Notes: generated by a model not told the origin, from the letters alone. A stretch of 64,000 nucleotides of DNA from Eledone cirrhosa (GCA_964016885.1 OZ024743.1:172980001-173044000), one strand, 5' to 3'. Shown: positions 38,561 through 52,306, counted from the stretch's first letter. Numbers and translations: made by a program.

Positions 38561-41500
38561 TCCTATTATATAAATGTGAAATGGGCGAAAATTGTCTGAG
38601 TCGTGTCTGGATACAGGCAAAAGGGTAGTACCAATGCTCTGATTGTCATGAAAATTTACACATTAATGTAAAATGTGCCGAGGAAGCGACAGGTCTACTT
38701 GGTGTTCTCTAAATTGAAAAATGTGGTCTCTAGGGCCAAAAAACAGTCTTTTTCTATTGCTTTTACCTCCCTATAGTTTCTTAGCTTTACTCTCTCCGTC
38801 GCTCTTCCCTCTCTCTATAATAGATCATTCCCCTCTCTATAATTTAACTGCTTTACTCTCTCTGTCGCTCTTCACTCCCTATATGACAACACTGCAGAGA
38901 TAGGCCGTTAGACAGAGAGAGATACAATTAAAGTGTTAGATATTCAGAGAGAGAGAGACATAGAGGGACCAGCAAACTTTAGTTAACGTTCAGTCACGTG
39001 TTATATATCTTTGATCTGTCGTCGCTCGCATACACACACACACACATACACACGATACTTATATAAAGCTGAGCGTCGTGTGTGTGTATGTATCTATGTA
39101 TCCTACACACCTCCCTCTACTATATATAAAACCTAAAATACTTTTATATCCATCTCTTAGTGAAGCATTTCCAATTCATTATACGTAAACAATGACATTA
39201 ATGTTTCGCTTTTAGCTTAGCATTTTACATTCAATGCCTCCCCTTTTTAATGTAACTTTTTATTGAAACGACTACGTGCTCTCAGTGGTTCAGTATTTAA
39301 CCTAAAATACTTTTACACTGCTTCTATAGTATCGTTATACGATATGCCTAACCGAAAACGACCAGTATTTTCTAAACGAAATAAAGCCCTTAATTGCGAA
39401 GAATGGAGGCGCGTGCGCAAGTACGTTTTTTTATCGATATCCTTTGTTATTTTGCTCCTTTTATCTCCATAAAAATATTTTTGTTTTGAGAAGTTGTAAA
39501 ACTAGTGGTCGAGTTAAAAAATTCAGTTTTTTTTAAAACTCCAGGAGACATCGGATGCAAGGGAGGCCCGTCTTACTACCCAGCGCATTCAGCGCCAACG
39601 CTCACGTCTCGACGAGACTCCGGAGGCAACGGAGGCCCGTCTTACTGCCCAACGCTCACGTCTCGAGGAGACTCCGGAGGCAAGGGAGGCCCGTCTTACT
39701 GCCGACCGCAATCAGCGCCAACTCTCACTCCTCGAGGAGACTCCGGAGGCAAGGGAGGCCCATCTTTCTGCCCGGCGCCAACGCTCACGTCTCGACGAGA
39801 CAAGGGAGGACCGTCTTTCTGATCAGCGCACTCGAAACCAACTCTCACTTCTCGACGAGACTCCAGAGGCAAGGGAGGACCGTCTTTGTGACCTGCACAC
39901 TCGACGTCAATGCTCACTTCTCAACGAGACTCCGGAGGCAAAGGAAGAAAGGCTGGCACGTAGACGGCGTAAACGTCAAGAAAATGCTGCTACTACAAGG
40001 GACACTTTTTGCTTAAAAGCTGGCTTTAACTATAATCCTTCTGATGATTACACCAAATCACCCGGATTTGGCTCTTGGAAAAATGGATAAGGTATGTCAG
40101 TCCTGCGGGGCTAAGAAGTGGGTCAGTGAGGCTCCAGGTCTTTGCTGTTCCGGGGGCAAAGTTCGACTTCAGGTGCTAGCTGATACTCCTGATTTACTGC
40201 AAAATCTTCTCATTGGTAACTCTGACTATGCAAAAGCATTTGGAGATACAATTCATGCTTCGCTATGACATCATGTGGTGTAAGGGATGGCAGAAACAAC
40301 AAAAAGAACAACAACAACACCGGTGTCGCCAGCAATTGTGACAACAACGAAGAAAGAAAAACTTTATACCTACAAAATTCAAGGTCAGTGTTACCACCTA
40401 ATGGGAAGCCTTCACCCACAGCTAGGCGAGGATTCCTCCAGGTATTCTTCATGGGCGAGAATGATGAGGAAGTTTCCCAAAGATGCAAGATCAATTCATC
40501 TGTTGACGGGAACATTGTTGCGGAACTTCAAACTATGCTCCATGCAATCCATCCGTACGTCCGTGACTTGAAGAGTGCTTTGGACTCTAGACATGAGATG
40601 AAATTGGTCATCAGAGCTGACAGACGACCTGTGGGTGGGCATCCTGGATGTTTCAACGCTCCAACTACCAACGAGGTAGCAGCAATCATGGTTGACGAAA
40701 ATCATGGTGCACGTGACATCATCATTCAGCATCGCAATAACAGACTGACACAATGTATAAATTTTCATGACAATCAGAGCATTGGTACTACCCTTTTGCC
40801 TGTATCCAAACACGACTCAGATAATTTTCGCCCATTTCACATTTATATAATAGATAATATATATATATATTATATATATATATATAATCGGTCGTACGAT
40901 TGCTTGCAGTACCCTCTTCTTTTTCCCTACGGCGAGGACGGCTACAACTTCGATATTCCCACAATTGATCCGAAAAGTCTTGCTGCTTTACCAAAGAAAG
41001 TTTCCAGCATGGATTTTTATGCATACCGACTCATGATTAGAGATGGTCAATTCAACCAACTACTTAGGTTCAAAGAGGTGACAAACCAGTTCTTGGTTGA
41101 TATGTATGCAAAGATTGAAGCGGAACGTCTTCTGTACATACGTACCCATCAAAAAGAACTAAGAGGGGTTCAATACGCTCATCTTAAGGATGCTTTGCAG
41201 CGTGACGGTGACGCAACCAATGTTGGGCATCAGGTGATCCTTCCTTCAAGCTTTAGTGACTCACCCCGGTACATGCATAAACGGACACAGGATGCCATGG
41301 CGTATGTCCGTAAGTTTGGGCCGCCGGATCTTTTTATTACCATCGCATGTAATCCTAATTGGGTGGAGATTAAGGAGAATTTATTCGCGGGCCAGGTGAC
41401 GAGTGACAGGCATGATATTACAGCCAGAGTCTTCCACGGAAAGTTGAAGAAACTAATGTGCTTGCTGAAAGATAAGGCCATCTACGGGCAACTCAATGCT

Positions 41501-43137
41501 TGGATGTATCCTGTGGAATGGCAGAAGCGGGGTCTTCCACACGCACATATTCTTATTTGGTGCAAAGAACGAATCAGACCTACGGACATTGATCGCGTTA
41601 TATGTGCAGAGTTGCCCGATCCCCAAATTGATTTGCAGCTTTACAACATTGTGTTGGCTAATATGATACATGGACCCTGTGGTACCCTTAATAGCCAAAA
41701 TTCATGCATGGAGGAGAACAAGTACACCTAACACTACCCCAGAGCCTTCACCAGGGAAACTTGCACTGGGGTTAACGGCTACCCCATCTACCGGCGGCGT
41801 GCTCCCGATTTTGGTGGCCTTTTGGCTAGGATTAAGAAGATTAAGAAGAAAGTGAAAGAATACTGGGTGGTGCCTTTGCTTGCTAAAATGTTTAATGTAG
41901 AGTCCTGCACATCTGTTAAAAGCATTAAATACATCTGCAAATACATCAACAAAGGCGGCGACATGGCGGTGGCTGGCTTCAGTGATGGCGTAGAATCAAA
42001 AGACGAAATTACTCAGTTCATGATGGGAAGATACATTTCGTCCAATATGGCGGCTTGGCGCATTTTGGGGCTTGAAATTCACCGGTGCTCTCCAGCAGTT
42101 GTTAACTTGGATGTTCACTTAGAAAATGGTCAACGCGTTTTTTCACTGAGGAAACCGCATCGGCTGCTGCCGAACAGCCACCTGAGACGACGCTTACAGC
42201 ATTTTTTAAGCTATGTTCTGTCGATACGTTTGCAGTTACCCTTTTTTACGTCGATGTACCTACCTATTTCACTTGGTCGAACAAAAAATGGCATCGGCGG
42301 CGACAAGGGGGAAAAAGTTGAGGATTGGGTAGGTAATGCCATCGGACGCGTGTACAATGTTCATCCGAAGCAACAAGAATGCTTTTTCCTGCGAATGTTG
42401 CTGCATCAAATCAAAGGGTCCAAGTCATTCGCCGACCTAAGCCCTTTTGATGGCCACATGTGTTCCAGTTACAGGGACGCGTGCGTGAAGCGTGGGCTGC
42501 TCGAGGATGATGCCCACCTGAACGTGGCGTTGACAGAGGCTGCTGAATGTAAGATGCCTCGAGAAATGAGACGTCTGTTTTGCATAATGCTATTGTTCTG
42601 CGGCATAGGTGAGCCCCTTAAGCTTTGGGAAAAGCATAAGGACAACATGTTAGAGGACATCCTCCGTAGCAGAAGATCCAGCGACTGGCTTTGCGGTGTA
42701 CAATGAAGCCCTCCTCGACATGGACAACCATTTTAAAGTTCTTGGAGTTGGCGGTGTATCTGATTTCAGTTTGCCACAACCTCGAAACACTCACAGTGCT
42801 TTAGATGTGGAGTTCATGTATGAGTTAAATTACAACATCGACGATATGACACATCAGGTAGCTCAGGACGAACCCAGACATTTGCATGACCATAGATGGG
42901 CATATGACAGAATTCTCTCCAGTGTCAATTCAAATGAGGGACGGCTATTTTTCCTGGATGCTGCTGGCGGAACAGGAAAAACTTTTCTCATCAATCTTTT
43001 GCTTGCGAAGCTACGAAAAGACAAGCGGGTTGCTTTAGCGGTCGCCTCCAGTGGTATTGTGGCGACACTGTTACATGGCGGTCGTACGGCACACTCCGCA
43101 TTCAAATTGCCTTTGGACATTGCAAAGAAGAATCCTA
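38561..43137 (+). mobile_element. Helitron with degenerate RepHel, 3'-truncated
   Basis: A|TCCTATTATATAAATGTG 5' end; 23-aa STPR-like repeats; CQSC..CCSGGK; Rep motifs PDLFITIACNPNW, VEWQKRGLPHAHIL, KYICKYINKG; helicase DAAGGTGKT, GGRTAHSAFKLP. Confidence 0.93.
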
Positions 43138-43497
43138 CATTATATTTATATATGGTTATATGTATGTATTTACGTATATGTGTGTGTATGCGTATGTATA
43201 TATGGGTTATTATGTCTGTATGGATTTACGTATGGGTTTTTTGTATGCGTGTGTTGATTTCTTATTACGTGCGTGTGCGCGCACGCATTTGTATATGTAT
43301 GTACGTAGGATATGAACCAATGCTCTTTATTGTAGGATTTTATGTGTATGTATGTGGATGTGTGTGCATATGGTTGTATGTATGTTTATATATATATGTG
43401 TATGCGTGTGTATGTGTATGTGTATATGTACTTTTGCACGCATGTGTATGTGTACGTATGTTTATTTTATATTTTTGTGTGTATATATATATATATA

Positions 43498-46400
43498 CTA
43501 GCAGAAGTACCCGACGTTTCCCGGGTGAAAGTCGACCTTTGCTCTGTTGTTAAAATGTGTGAAAGTTCCCCCGCATCACAGGTGCAACGTTGTTGTTGGG
43601 GTTCACGCTGTTGTTGGTGTTGTTATTGTCTACACCAAAGGAGGTCATCATGAAACAGGAGTTGTATTTCCACATGTTACGGCGGAACGTTGTAGCCGTA
43701 GTGTCGTCACCTGTAAGTAAATTTAGAAGAACGTCTGGCGGGTCCGCCAATGCCTCTAGTTGCACCTTACCTCCTGCACAGCACATAGAAGGCGCCTCGC
43801 CTGGCCACTTCATTGCCTTGCAGGATGTACAGACATTATTCATTTTGCCAATGGAAACTGTAGGCAGAAGTCCGTAATCCTCAGAGGGTTATATCTGAAG
43901 GCTGCTTTTACCCAGCCTGAGCTATTGGCAGCAGTAGCTAATGTATGCCGGGAATGCTTAGCAGCAAGCCTGTTGTCTCTTTCTGCCGTGGACTCCTCTG
44001 CAAGCGCTTGTTGACGACGAAGGCGAACCCCAGCAAGCCTCGTCTGACGGGATGTTGCTGACTCCTCTGCAAGCGCTTGTTGGTGACGAAGGCGAACACC
44101 AGCAAGCCTCGTCGTACGGGATGTTGGTGACTCCTCCTCCAGCGCTTTTTGGCGACGAAGGCGAACATTAGCAAGCCTTGTCGTACGGGATGTTGGTGAC
44201 TCAACCAGCCGGGAAAGACGTCTATCAGCGAGTCGAGATTTGCGCTCAGCAGGTGTTTCCTAGAGAAAGTTAATTAATGATACTGGTTAGCTAAGCCAAA
44301 GGCACTCTGCCAATAGTGAATGAGAAAAGTGTGATATGAACAAAAGGGAATCAAGGTAAGACAATAAATTTAATATAATTACGATTAGAATGTTGTAGTT
44401 GCTTAAAAGTGATGACAGTTAGGATAAACGCAGTGCTTGCTAACATTAAGGGAGAATATTGCATAAAGGATTAACCAATTGTGAATGAACGCATAACTGA
44501 GAACGCCTAATTCGTTGTCTCAAAGCAGTAGCTGTATCTTTTTTTGGAGGTAAGTCTTGAACGTTTCCGTGTGGGTATAACGACGTGAAACGAAACTGTT
44601 AGGTTAGAGAGGGTTGATTAAGTACAGAGAGAGGTGACTCCAGATTCGCTAGCATGGTTACTGGTGAATGGGAAGGTTTGGAAATATGATTATAATAACT
44701 TACCAAATTTTCCGGCCTATAAAGTGCACTTAAAATACCTAAATTTCATTAAAAAAACAGCTCTGCGCTTTATATTCCGGTGAGCCTTATGTATAAATAA
44801 TACAATGGTAATCAATCACGGCTCTAACAGAAGTAATCGATCTAGACTAAAAGTAAAGAAGATAGCATTTTCCTGGTTGGCCTTACACGCCGTTGCGTGG
44901 ACCTGATTTTAAATGATACGCCTTATATCCCGGTGAACCTTATAGAGCGGAAAATACGGTATCTATTGGAAAAGAATACAAATTCATGACCAAGGTGTGA
45001 CAATATTGGCGTCTATACAGTGCCTGAAACAAACGGAACCGTTTCTTAGTTACAAAAAATAACCAAAGTGAATAGTAGCTATATTTCTGACATATGCCAA
45101 AAAGAACAATATATTCAAAAAATGTTCTAAAGTACATCCAATCTCTCTTTTTGACCGATGTCTTAATAAGCAAATTATCGATTTTTTATTAGCTGTCAGT
45201 GTTTATCTGAATGCAGGTGTGTTCGTGTGTGCAATCAATTGCACTGCATTCAGATGGCCTATGACAACTAATTAAAAAATTAAAGAACATTAGCAATTTG
45301 CAAATACGCTCGTAACATTTAGTCGTAAACAGAACAAAAAATGCCATTAGAGGTGGGCTAATAATGGAAAAGACACAAACCCTGGTGAACTTACGTTTAA
45401 AAACCCGAAAACTTACTTCCTGCGCAAAAGGCTGTGACAGTAGTGTTATGAATTAAGTAATGTTTTAGAACCTTTTGTTTAAAAAAGGAAAAAATTGGTA
45501 CGGACGTAACACTTTTTACAACTTTGTATGTGTCCAATACAACTTGGTCAAAGTATTATTTAGTAACATTTTTTCAAAAAGCATGATTATTTAAGACTGT
45601 TTGAAAATTTACTCACCGCTTTTAGCTTTTGGCATCACAAAAGACACCATTAAATTTAGTTTCCTTTCAGATAGGGATAATACTGTATTCGCACTTGAAT
45701 AAGGGGGAATATGAAGAGTTTAACGCTAAGATGTTGACAATCCCTAGTCCCAATGGGGATTTTTAAATTTAAGGAAGGTGAAAAATGAATTAAATTTAAC
45801 TGAAATTAAATTTAACTCACCGATAAGTAAGTGGGAAAATTCTGTAAAGGTCCGTTTAGTGAGACGGCCGGGATTTGTTGTTGTTCACAAAAAGCGGATA
45901 CACACAAAGAGAAAAAGGCGGTTCGCACGTGCGTGCATACCTATTTGTGTATCTATCGTTGAGAAAACATACTGCTCGTGGTATAGACAGGCCGTCCAAT
46001 CAATAACGCGCGTGAGTCACAGTGTGTGCGTGCTTATATGGGCATATGAAATTGATTTTGATTGCGCCAGGTGTAAACTAAAAATGCTTGTGTTCGAATA
46101 CATACACATTAAATTTCATTGAAATCGAAAGATTTTTGAAAAAAATATGAAAAACATTCTGTCATATTTTGTTGTCTGTACAAATATTTAAGAATTAAGA
46201 ATTCTACTTAAAGAACCCTGTAAAGCCTTCCATTTTCCCATAAAGAAAGGCGTAGATTTGCATATTTCCACAATATTGCGCCATTGATAATTAAACTATG
46301 AATAATTGTCTGCCCTAACTCTTACAGGTCTCATTTAACACATGATTTATGAGTTTAAAAACACTTTCTGAATTTTTGCAGCTTTGGAGTAACTCCTAAT

Positions 46401-47052
46401 TGATCTATTATTGTGGTAATATCAAATTTCATTGAAATCGGACGAATTCTGAAAATATCGATCTTTGCCTCTGGGAGTCCGATTATCGATTTTTTGAAAA
46501 TTTAATGTACCTCACGTTGATCCCCGAATCAAAATACATACATACGTCAAATTTCATTGGAATCGGACAAATTTCGTAAATATCGATTTTTGCCATATAA
46601 GCACGCACACACTGTGACTCACGCGCGTTATTGATTGGACGGCCTGTCTATACCACGAGCAGTATGTTTTCTCAACGATAGATACACAAATAGGTATGCA
46701 CGCACGTGCGAACCGCCTTTTTCTCTTTGTGTGTATCCGCTTTTTGTGAACAACAACAAATCCCGGCCGTCTCACTAAACGGACCTTTCGAAAATTTAAT
46801 GTAGCCCACGTTTATCCCCGACACAGTTGCGTCGAGTTTCACCGAAATCGGACGACTTTTGAAAATATCGATTTTTGGCTTCTGGGGGCCCGATTATCGA
46901 TTTTTCGAAAATTTCAAGTAGCTTATTCCAATCTACGGGTCGAGTTTTATATATGCGTCAAGTTTAATGAAAATCGGATGAACAGTGTAGCCTGAAAGTT
47001 CGGGACACCAAAGAAACAAACAACGCCCAACTTCACATTATATATATATAGA
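43498..47052 (-). mobile_element. Non-autonomous Helitron retaining RepHel N-terminus
   Basis: Minus 5' TCTATATATATATAATGTGAAG; 3' hairpin (43509-43526) then CTAG|T; STPR-like repeats and CTSC..CCAGGK..YNSCFMMTSFG at ~43550-44260; ~115-bp tandem repeats at 46420-46990. Confidence 0.85.
44703..44959. mobile_element. Tc1/pogo-type MITE nested in Helitron
   Basis: TA|CCAAATTTTCCGGCCTATAA ... TTATAGAGCGGAAAATACGG|TA imperfect TIRs with TA flanks. Confidence 0.6.
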
Positions 47053-47309
47053 CTAGCAGAAAACCACCCGGTGGGCGGTTTTCTGCTAGCAAATCTAGTG
47101 TATATACTGATATTGTTGAGATTTGGATGAGAAATGTTTTCGGCACCACATGTTCACCGTCTCTCGGTGTGTCTTTTATGCATGTATAAATATATATGTT
47201 ATCTATACGGTGAAATCTTTGAAATAAATATATGTTAAAACGAAAAAGGAGAAAATAAATAACTGGCGGTTAGAAAAAAATATTCCTATGAAATTTTAAT
47301 CATACCATT

Positions 47310-48151
47310 AGGTGTGAATAAGCAAATATTTTTTTATTGTGAAAACAAATGTTCAAAAGTTAAACTTCAATTTTTTGAATTATTTCCAATTTTTTCATGA
47401 AATTGAACACTGGACATTGGCTGCTGGAAATGGAAATTAAATCGTATTTAATTGTATTTAAATTTCTAACCTTATTTTATTATTTATATTTTTTCAATAA
47501 GAAATAAAAAAAAAAACAACAAGAAAAATTGAAGAAAAAAATTGAACAAATCAAACGTAGGAACTGCGCAATCTGATTAATAAATTACCTCATCAGCAGC
47601 AACCTTCTTCAAATGGTCCTTATTATCAGCAGCAACAACCACAAATTCAATGGCAACCTTCTTCAAACCACAAATTCAATGGCAACCTTCTTCGCATGGT
47701 GTCAAGTCAAGGTGTGAATAAGCAAATATTTTTTTATTGTCAAAACAAATGTTCAAAAGTTAAACTTCAATTTTTTGAATTATTTCCAATTTTTTCATGA
47801 AATTGAACACTGGATATTGGCTGCTGGAAATGGAAATTAAATCGTATTTAATTGTATTTAAATTTCTAACCTTATTTTATTATTTATATTTTTTCAATAA
47901 GAAATAAAAAAAAAAAAAAAAAAAAAAATTGACCAAATCAAACGTAGGAACTGCGCAATCTGATTAATAAATTACCTCATCAGCAGTAACCTTCTTCAAA
48001 TGGCCTTATTATCAGCAGCAACAACCACAAATTCAATGGCAACCTTCTTCAAACCACAAATTTAATGGCAACCTTCTTCAAACCACAAATTCAATGGCAA
48101 CCTTCTTCAAACCACAAATTCAATGGCAACCTTCTTCGCATGGTGTCAAGT
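47310..48151 (+). repeat. ~400-bp tandem duplication containing a 29-bp minisatellite (2 vs 4 copies)
   Basis: aggtgtgaataagcaaat at 47310 and 47710; unit aaccacaaattcaatggcaaccttcttca. Confidence 0.9.
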
Positions 48152-48602
48152 TAGAACCGCCTCGAACTGGTTACTTCTGGCTTGTGCAAGGTGTCTCTAT
48201 AGCAACCAGCGATTCCCTCGGCCTCAGTGACCAAAGTCAGTGGAGAGGGGAAGGTAATGTTTCTATAGCACGTGTTTTCGCGTTTATTCACTCTCTCTCT
48301 CTCCCTCTCTCCCTCCCGCTATCCCCCTCTCGTAGTCTGTCTCTTTCTTTCACTCTCACTCTACGCACGTGTTTCCACTGTCGGACAGACAGACAGAGAA
48401 ATTGCTGGTTATATATATAAGTAGATATACACATACATATGTGTGTGTGTTTTTATACGTGTGTATGAGTATTTTTTCTTGTATATGTGTGTGCGCGTGT
48501 GTATGTATGTATGTATGTATATATATATATATATATATTTATGTATATGCACACCTCGTGTATTTGTTTATTTTTAAGTTGTTTTTATCCCCCCCCCCCC
48601 TT

Positions 48603-49045
48603 CCCCACACACTCATACTTATCGTTGTCAACACGTCTCCTTTGTGTCTTTATTTTGTTTTTGACTTTGTATTTTTTGTTCTTATTCATTTATTTATTTA
48701 TTCCGGCTCCTTATGTACGTCTATGTAGACGCAAATTCGCTTATGTGAAAACGTATACGTCTACGTACTTTTTAAGTATATGCGCGTGTGTGTATTTTAA
48801 CGTTCCGGATATTTATTGCTTATATAGATATATTTTTATATATTCTTTTTCCCCTCTTCTTTTTCGCCCGTTTTTTTTTCAGCCTCACTTTCATATTTCA
48901 TAAATTTTGTTTTCAAATCCATATTTAATAAAAACACCATGTTTTTTATTCATTCTGACGACTGAAAACAGACATAACATCTGCTTTCAAGAAACCACTG
49001 ATAAATGAAATAATTATCTTATGTTGTTTATTACATAACTATATA
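48603..49045 (+). mobile_element. Penelope pLTR-like repeat (homologous to 63505-64000 minus)
   Basis: Reverse-complement match to 63505-64000; contains an HHR. Confidence 0.75.
48949..49009 (+). ncRNA. Type I hammerhead ribozyme (helix III mismatch)
   Basis: UUCAUU-CUGACGA-C-UGAAAACAGA-CAUAACA-UCUGCUUUCA-A-GAAA-CCACUGA-UA^-AAUGAA; sister copy has CCACUGG-UA but lacks the core. Confidence 0.7.
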
Positions 49046-49225
49046 TTGTTTATTACATATATATATATATAATATATATATATATTACATATATATATAT
49101 ATAATATATATATTGTTTATTACATAACTATATATATAATATATATATTATATATATAATATATATATATATCATATATTACTCAGCCGTTAATATGCAT
49201 AAGGTATACGTTGGCAGGAGGTATA

Positions 49226-49266
49226 CGTTGCTGACGATAGCTAATAAGCTTGAAACTAGTACAGCG
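49226..49266 (+). ncRNA. Minimal type I hammerhead ribozyme
   Basis: CGUUG-CUGACGA-U-AGC-UAAUAA-GCU-U-GAAA-CUAG-UA^-CAGCG; palindromic helix III ACUAGU. Confidence 0.78.
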
Positions 49267-49566
49267 TTCCTTTGTCAGTGTTGAACAAACGAGCAACGAT
49301 GGTTGCTGGACACTACGGCTTAATACGGGATGTTTGTTTACAAACACACCGAGCATTATAATAAATGTTCGGTGAATCCATACGTACATATATATATATA
49401 TGTGCATGTATGTATATATATATACATACTACTGTACGTCTGTATACATATATGTATGTACGTGTACATACTTATATTTAAGTAACAGCCGTACTAAGAG
49501 TGGGAAATGAAATTTCGTTTCATTTTTTCCGTTTATATATAATATATATTATATATATAATATATA

Positions 49567-49660
<94 letters not shown>

Positions 49661-49859
49661 CCAAAGATTAATATGGTTCATTGATTACTCAATGAATATA
49701 GTTTTACAATAGATTAAAAGCACTCTACAATGAAGTTTTCTGGAGTTATTATTATTCATAATAATAATAAATGAAGACATTCACATAATCAAAAGGACGT
49801 ACTGTGCTGTTTTTTCAGTACGTCCTCGTCAGATAAAATACATGAATTGATGTATGACA

Positions 49860-51000
49860 TACCTCAACGGTTTTGATTGTTCAATTCCAGTATTGGCAGT
49901 GATTTATTATCATTCTAACGGCAAGGCGAACCTTGATTGATTTTAATAATGACTTTTGGACTAGATCTGATAGGCAGAAAAACTTTGACATTACTATGGG
50001 CTCGTCTGTTTCGGCACAAGTTACCGATCTTGTGGGAATTTTCATCCTTAATATGATAAATAGAAAGCTGCCGAAGAATACCGGTGGCTTATATAGAGAC
50101 GACATATTATTTACTGTAGATAGACATAATAATAGCGAATTAAATAGAGTAAAGAAAGTAATTATAGAATTCTTTAAAAATTATGACCTGAAATTAGAAG
50201 TAGAAAATAACAATAAAATAGTTAATTCTTTAGATGTAACTCTTTATTTGAACTCAGGCCTCTATTACCCCTTCCATAAACTCAATGAAAACTTAAATTA
50301 TGTTAGTTTTTACTCTAATCATCCTAAAAGTGTTAAAAATGCAATAGTCAACAGTGTCCAACAACGAATATCCAGACTATCTGCTAATAGATCCATATTT
50401 AATAGTAAATCTGTATATAAATATATATAAAATAATATAAATATATATAAAATAATATTGAGTATGTAGAAAAAAATAATATTAATTATAATCGCAAATA
50501 CTAATAGGATTGACTGTAAAAACAACAACTTGAGGAATAAATCGGGGAAAAAATAAGGACTAGATCTATAATTTGGTATGCTCCGCCAGCATCTTTAGCT
50601 ATTAAAACACCTTTAGCACATTTATTTTTTAAAGCCTTGGATAAATGCTTCCCTAGATCACATAAGTATTACTCTATCTTCAATAGACACACAGTTAAAC
50701 TCTCTTATTCAACAGCTATGAATATTGCTCAAAATATAGCAAAAATAAATAGTAAAATCTTAATTTGAACCAGCATATAATTAGCGATAATAATATATTA
50801 GTTAATTGGAATAACAATAATAATAGTTAAAATACGAATAATAGTAGAACACCTCTAAATAATAGTAATAATACGAATAGTTTAGGTTATAGAAATAACA
50901 TCGAAATGAATTGTAACTGTAGAAGGAAATCTGAATGCCCGTTACAAAATAACTGCCTTGACAAGAATCCTGTGTATAAATGTACCATTAAGACAAATAA
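49860..51000 (+). mobile_element. Penelope-like (Naiad-type) RT/linker fragment
   Basis: FDITMGS..SAQVTDLVG, GLYRDD, SLDVTL, SNHP, RISRLS, CNCRRKSECPLQNNC. Confidence 0.88.
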
Positions 51001-51826
51001 TAATTGTTTCTACTTTTGGCACAAGGCCAGCAATTATCCCAGTGTTTATATTATCAGTGTATATATTATCAATGTTTATATTAATGTTTATATTAATATA
51101 TATGTATATATTAATGTTTATTTTATAAAAACTACCGAGTGCTTATTCGATTTGTGCTATTTATGCAATTTTTTGCATGATTTACACATACTGAATTCAT
51201 TTGCCAAAATCTGGGGTTTTTTCCCCTTGTGAGTTACACATGTGCTTTTACAAAGCACTACGTCATTCATAACACTGGCGCAGAACAAAATACCTGTGGA
51301 TAATGTGATAGTTTTATGCATACAATATTATTGATTTAAGTGTCAGAATTTGGATTTTACCATCAATTCCAATGGGTCCAGGTTGGTTATATATGTGTGC
51401 ATATGTATATATATGATTTTATCATTTATTTTGTCTGACCTATTTAGCTTGACTTGTTTTTTGGCTTAGGTGGTTAATTCCTTCTTGACTGCCATTTCAG
51501 TTTGTATGGCGTTTATAACATGTTTATAGCTCTGGTTTTTTAAACTATGGAGCGCTTGCCAGCATGACTCTGATTTGCGTTATGTTTCGCTGAATTTATA
51601 TTTATATATAATATATATATATATATAATATATATATTATATATATATATATAATATACATATATATTATATATATTATATATATATTATATATAAGCAA
51701 AAGGGTTATTTAATTTGTTGGTAATTCAACAAATATAAATGTTTATAACTGATATACTATCCAGGAAAAACTTGAACCGTTAAGATCTTTTTCCAGGATA
51801 TGTCAATATTTATAAAACAAACTTTG

Positions 51827-51884
51827 TATTTTATCTGTTGAGGGCGTACCAAAGATTTGGTACCCTTGAATATATAATAGAATA
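51827..51884 (+). ncRNA. Degenerate HHR; inverted truncated homolog at 49795-49841
   Basis: gtattttatCTGTTGAgggcgtac here vs gtattttatCTGACGAggacgtac on minus at 49841; helix I tattttat/atagaata; AATAAA overlaps the 3' end. Confidence 0.45.
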
Positions 51885-51972
51885 AATATGGTTTTATAAA
51901 TATAGTTTCCATTTATTTAATATCATAATATATATATAATATATATATATATTATATATATTATATAATATA

Positions 51973-52076
<104 letters not shown>

Positions 52077-52306
52077 TATATTATATACATATATAATATA
52101 TGTATATTATATATATATATAATATATATATTATATATATATAATATATATATATATTATATGTATATATATAATATATATATATATATATATTATAAAT
52201 ATATATATTATATATATATATATATAATATATATATATATATAATATATATATATATATTATATATATATATATAATATATATATATATAAATAATATAT
52301 ATATAT

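Noticed and set aside
39505-40016. ORF-track proteins 39505-39822 and 39555-40016
   Set aside because: Wrong frames of the STPR-like repeat region
45778-46775. Duplicated basic ORF (RRPGFVVVHKKRIH...)
   Set aside because: Arises from the 196-bp inverted repeat; no ATG start or recognisable domain
48020-48140. CRISPR-like 29-bp repeats
   Set aside because: Contiguous tandem units with no spacers; eukaryotic context, no cas genes
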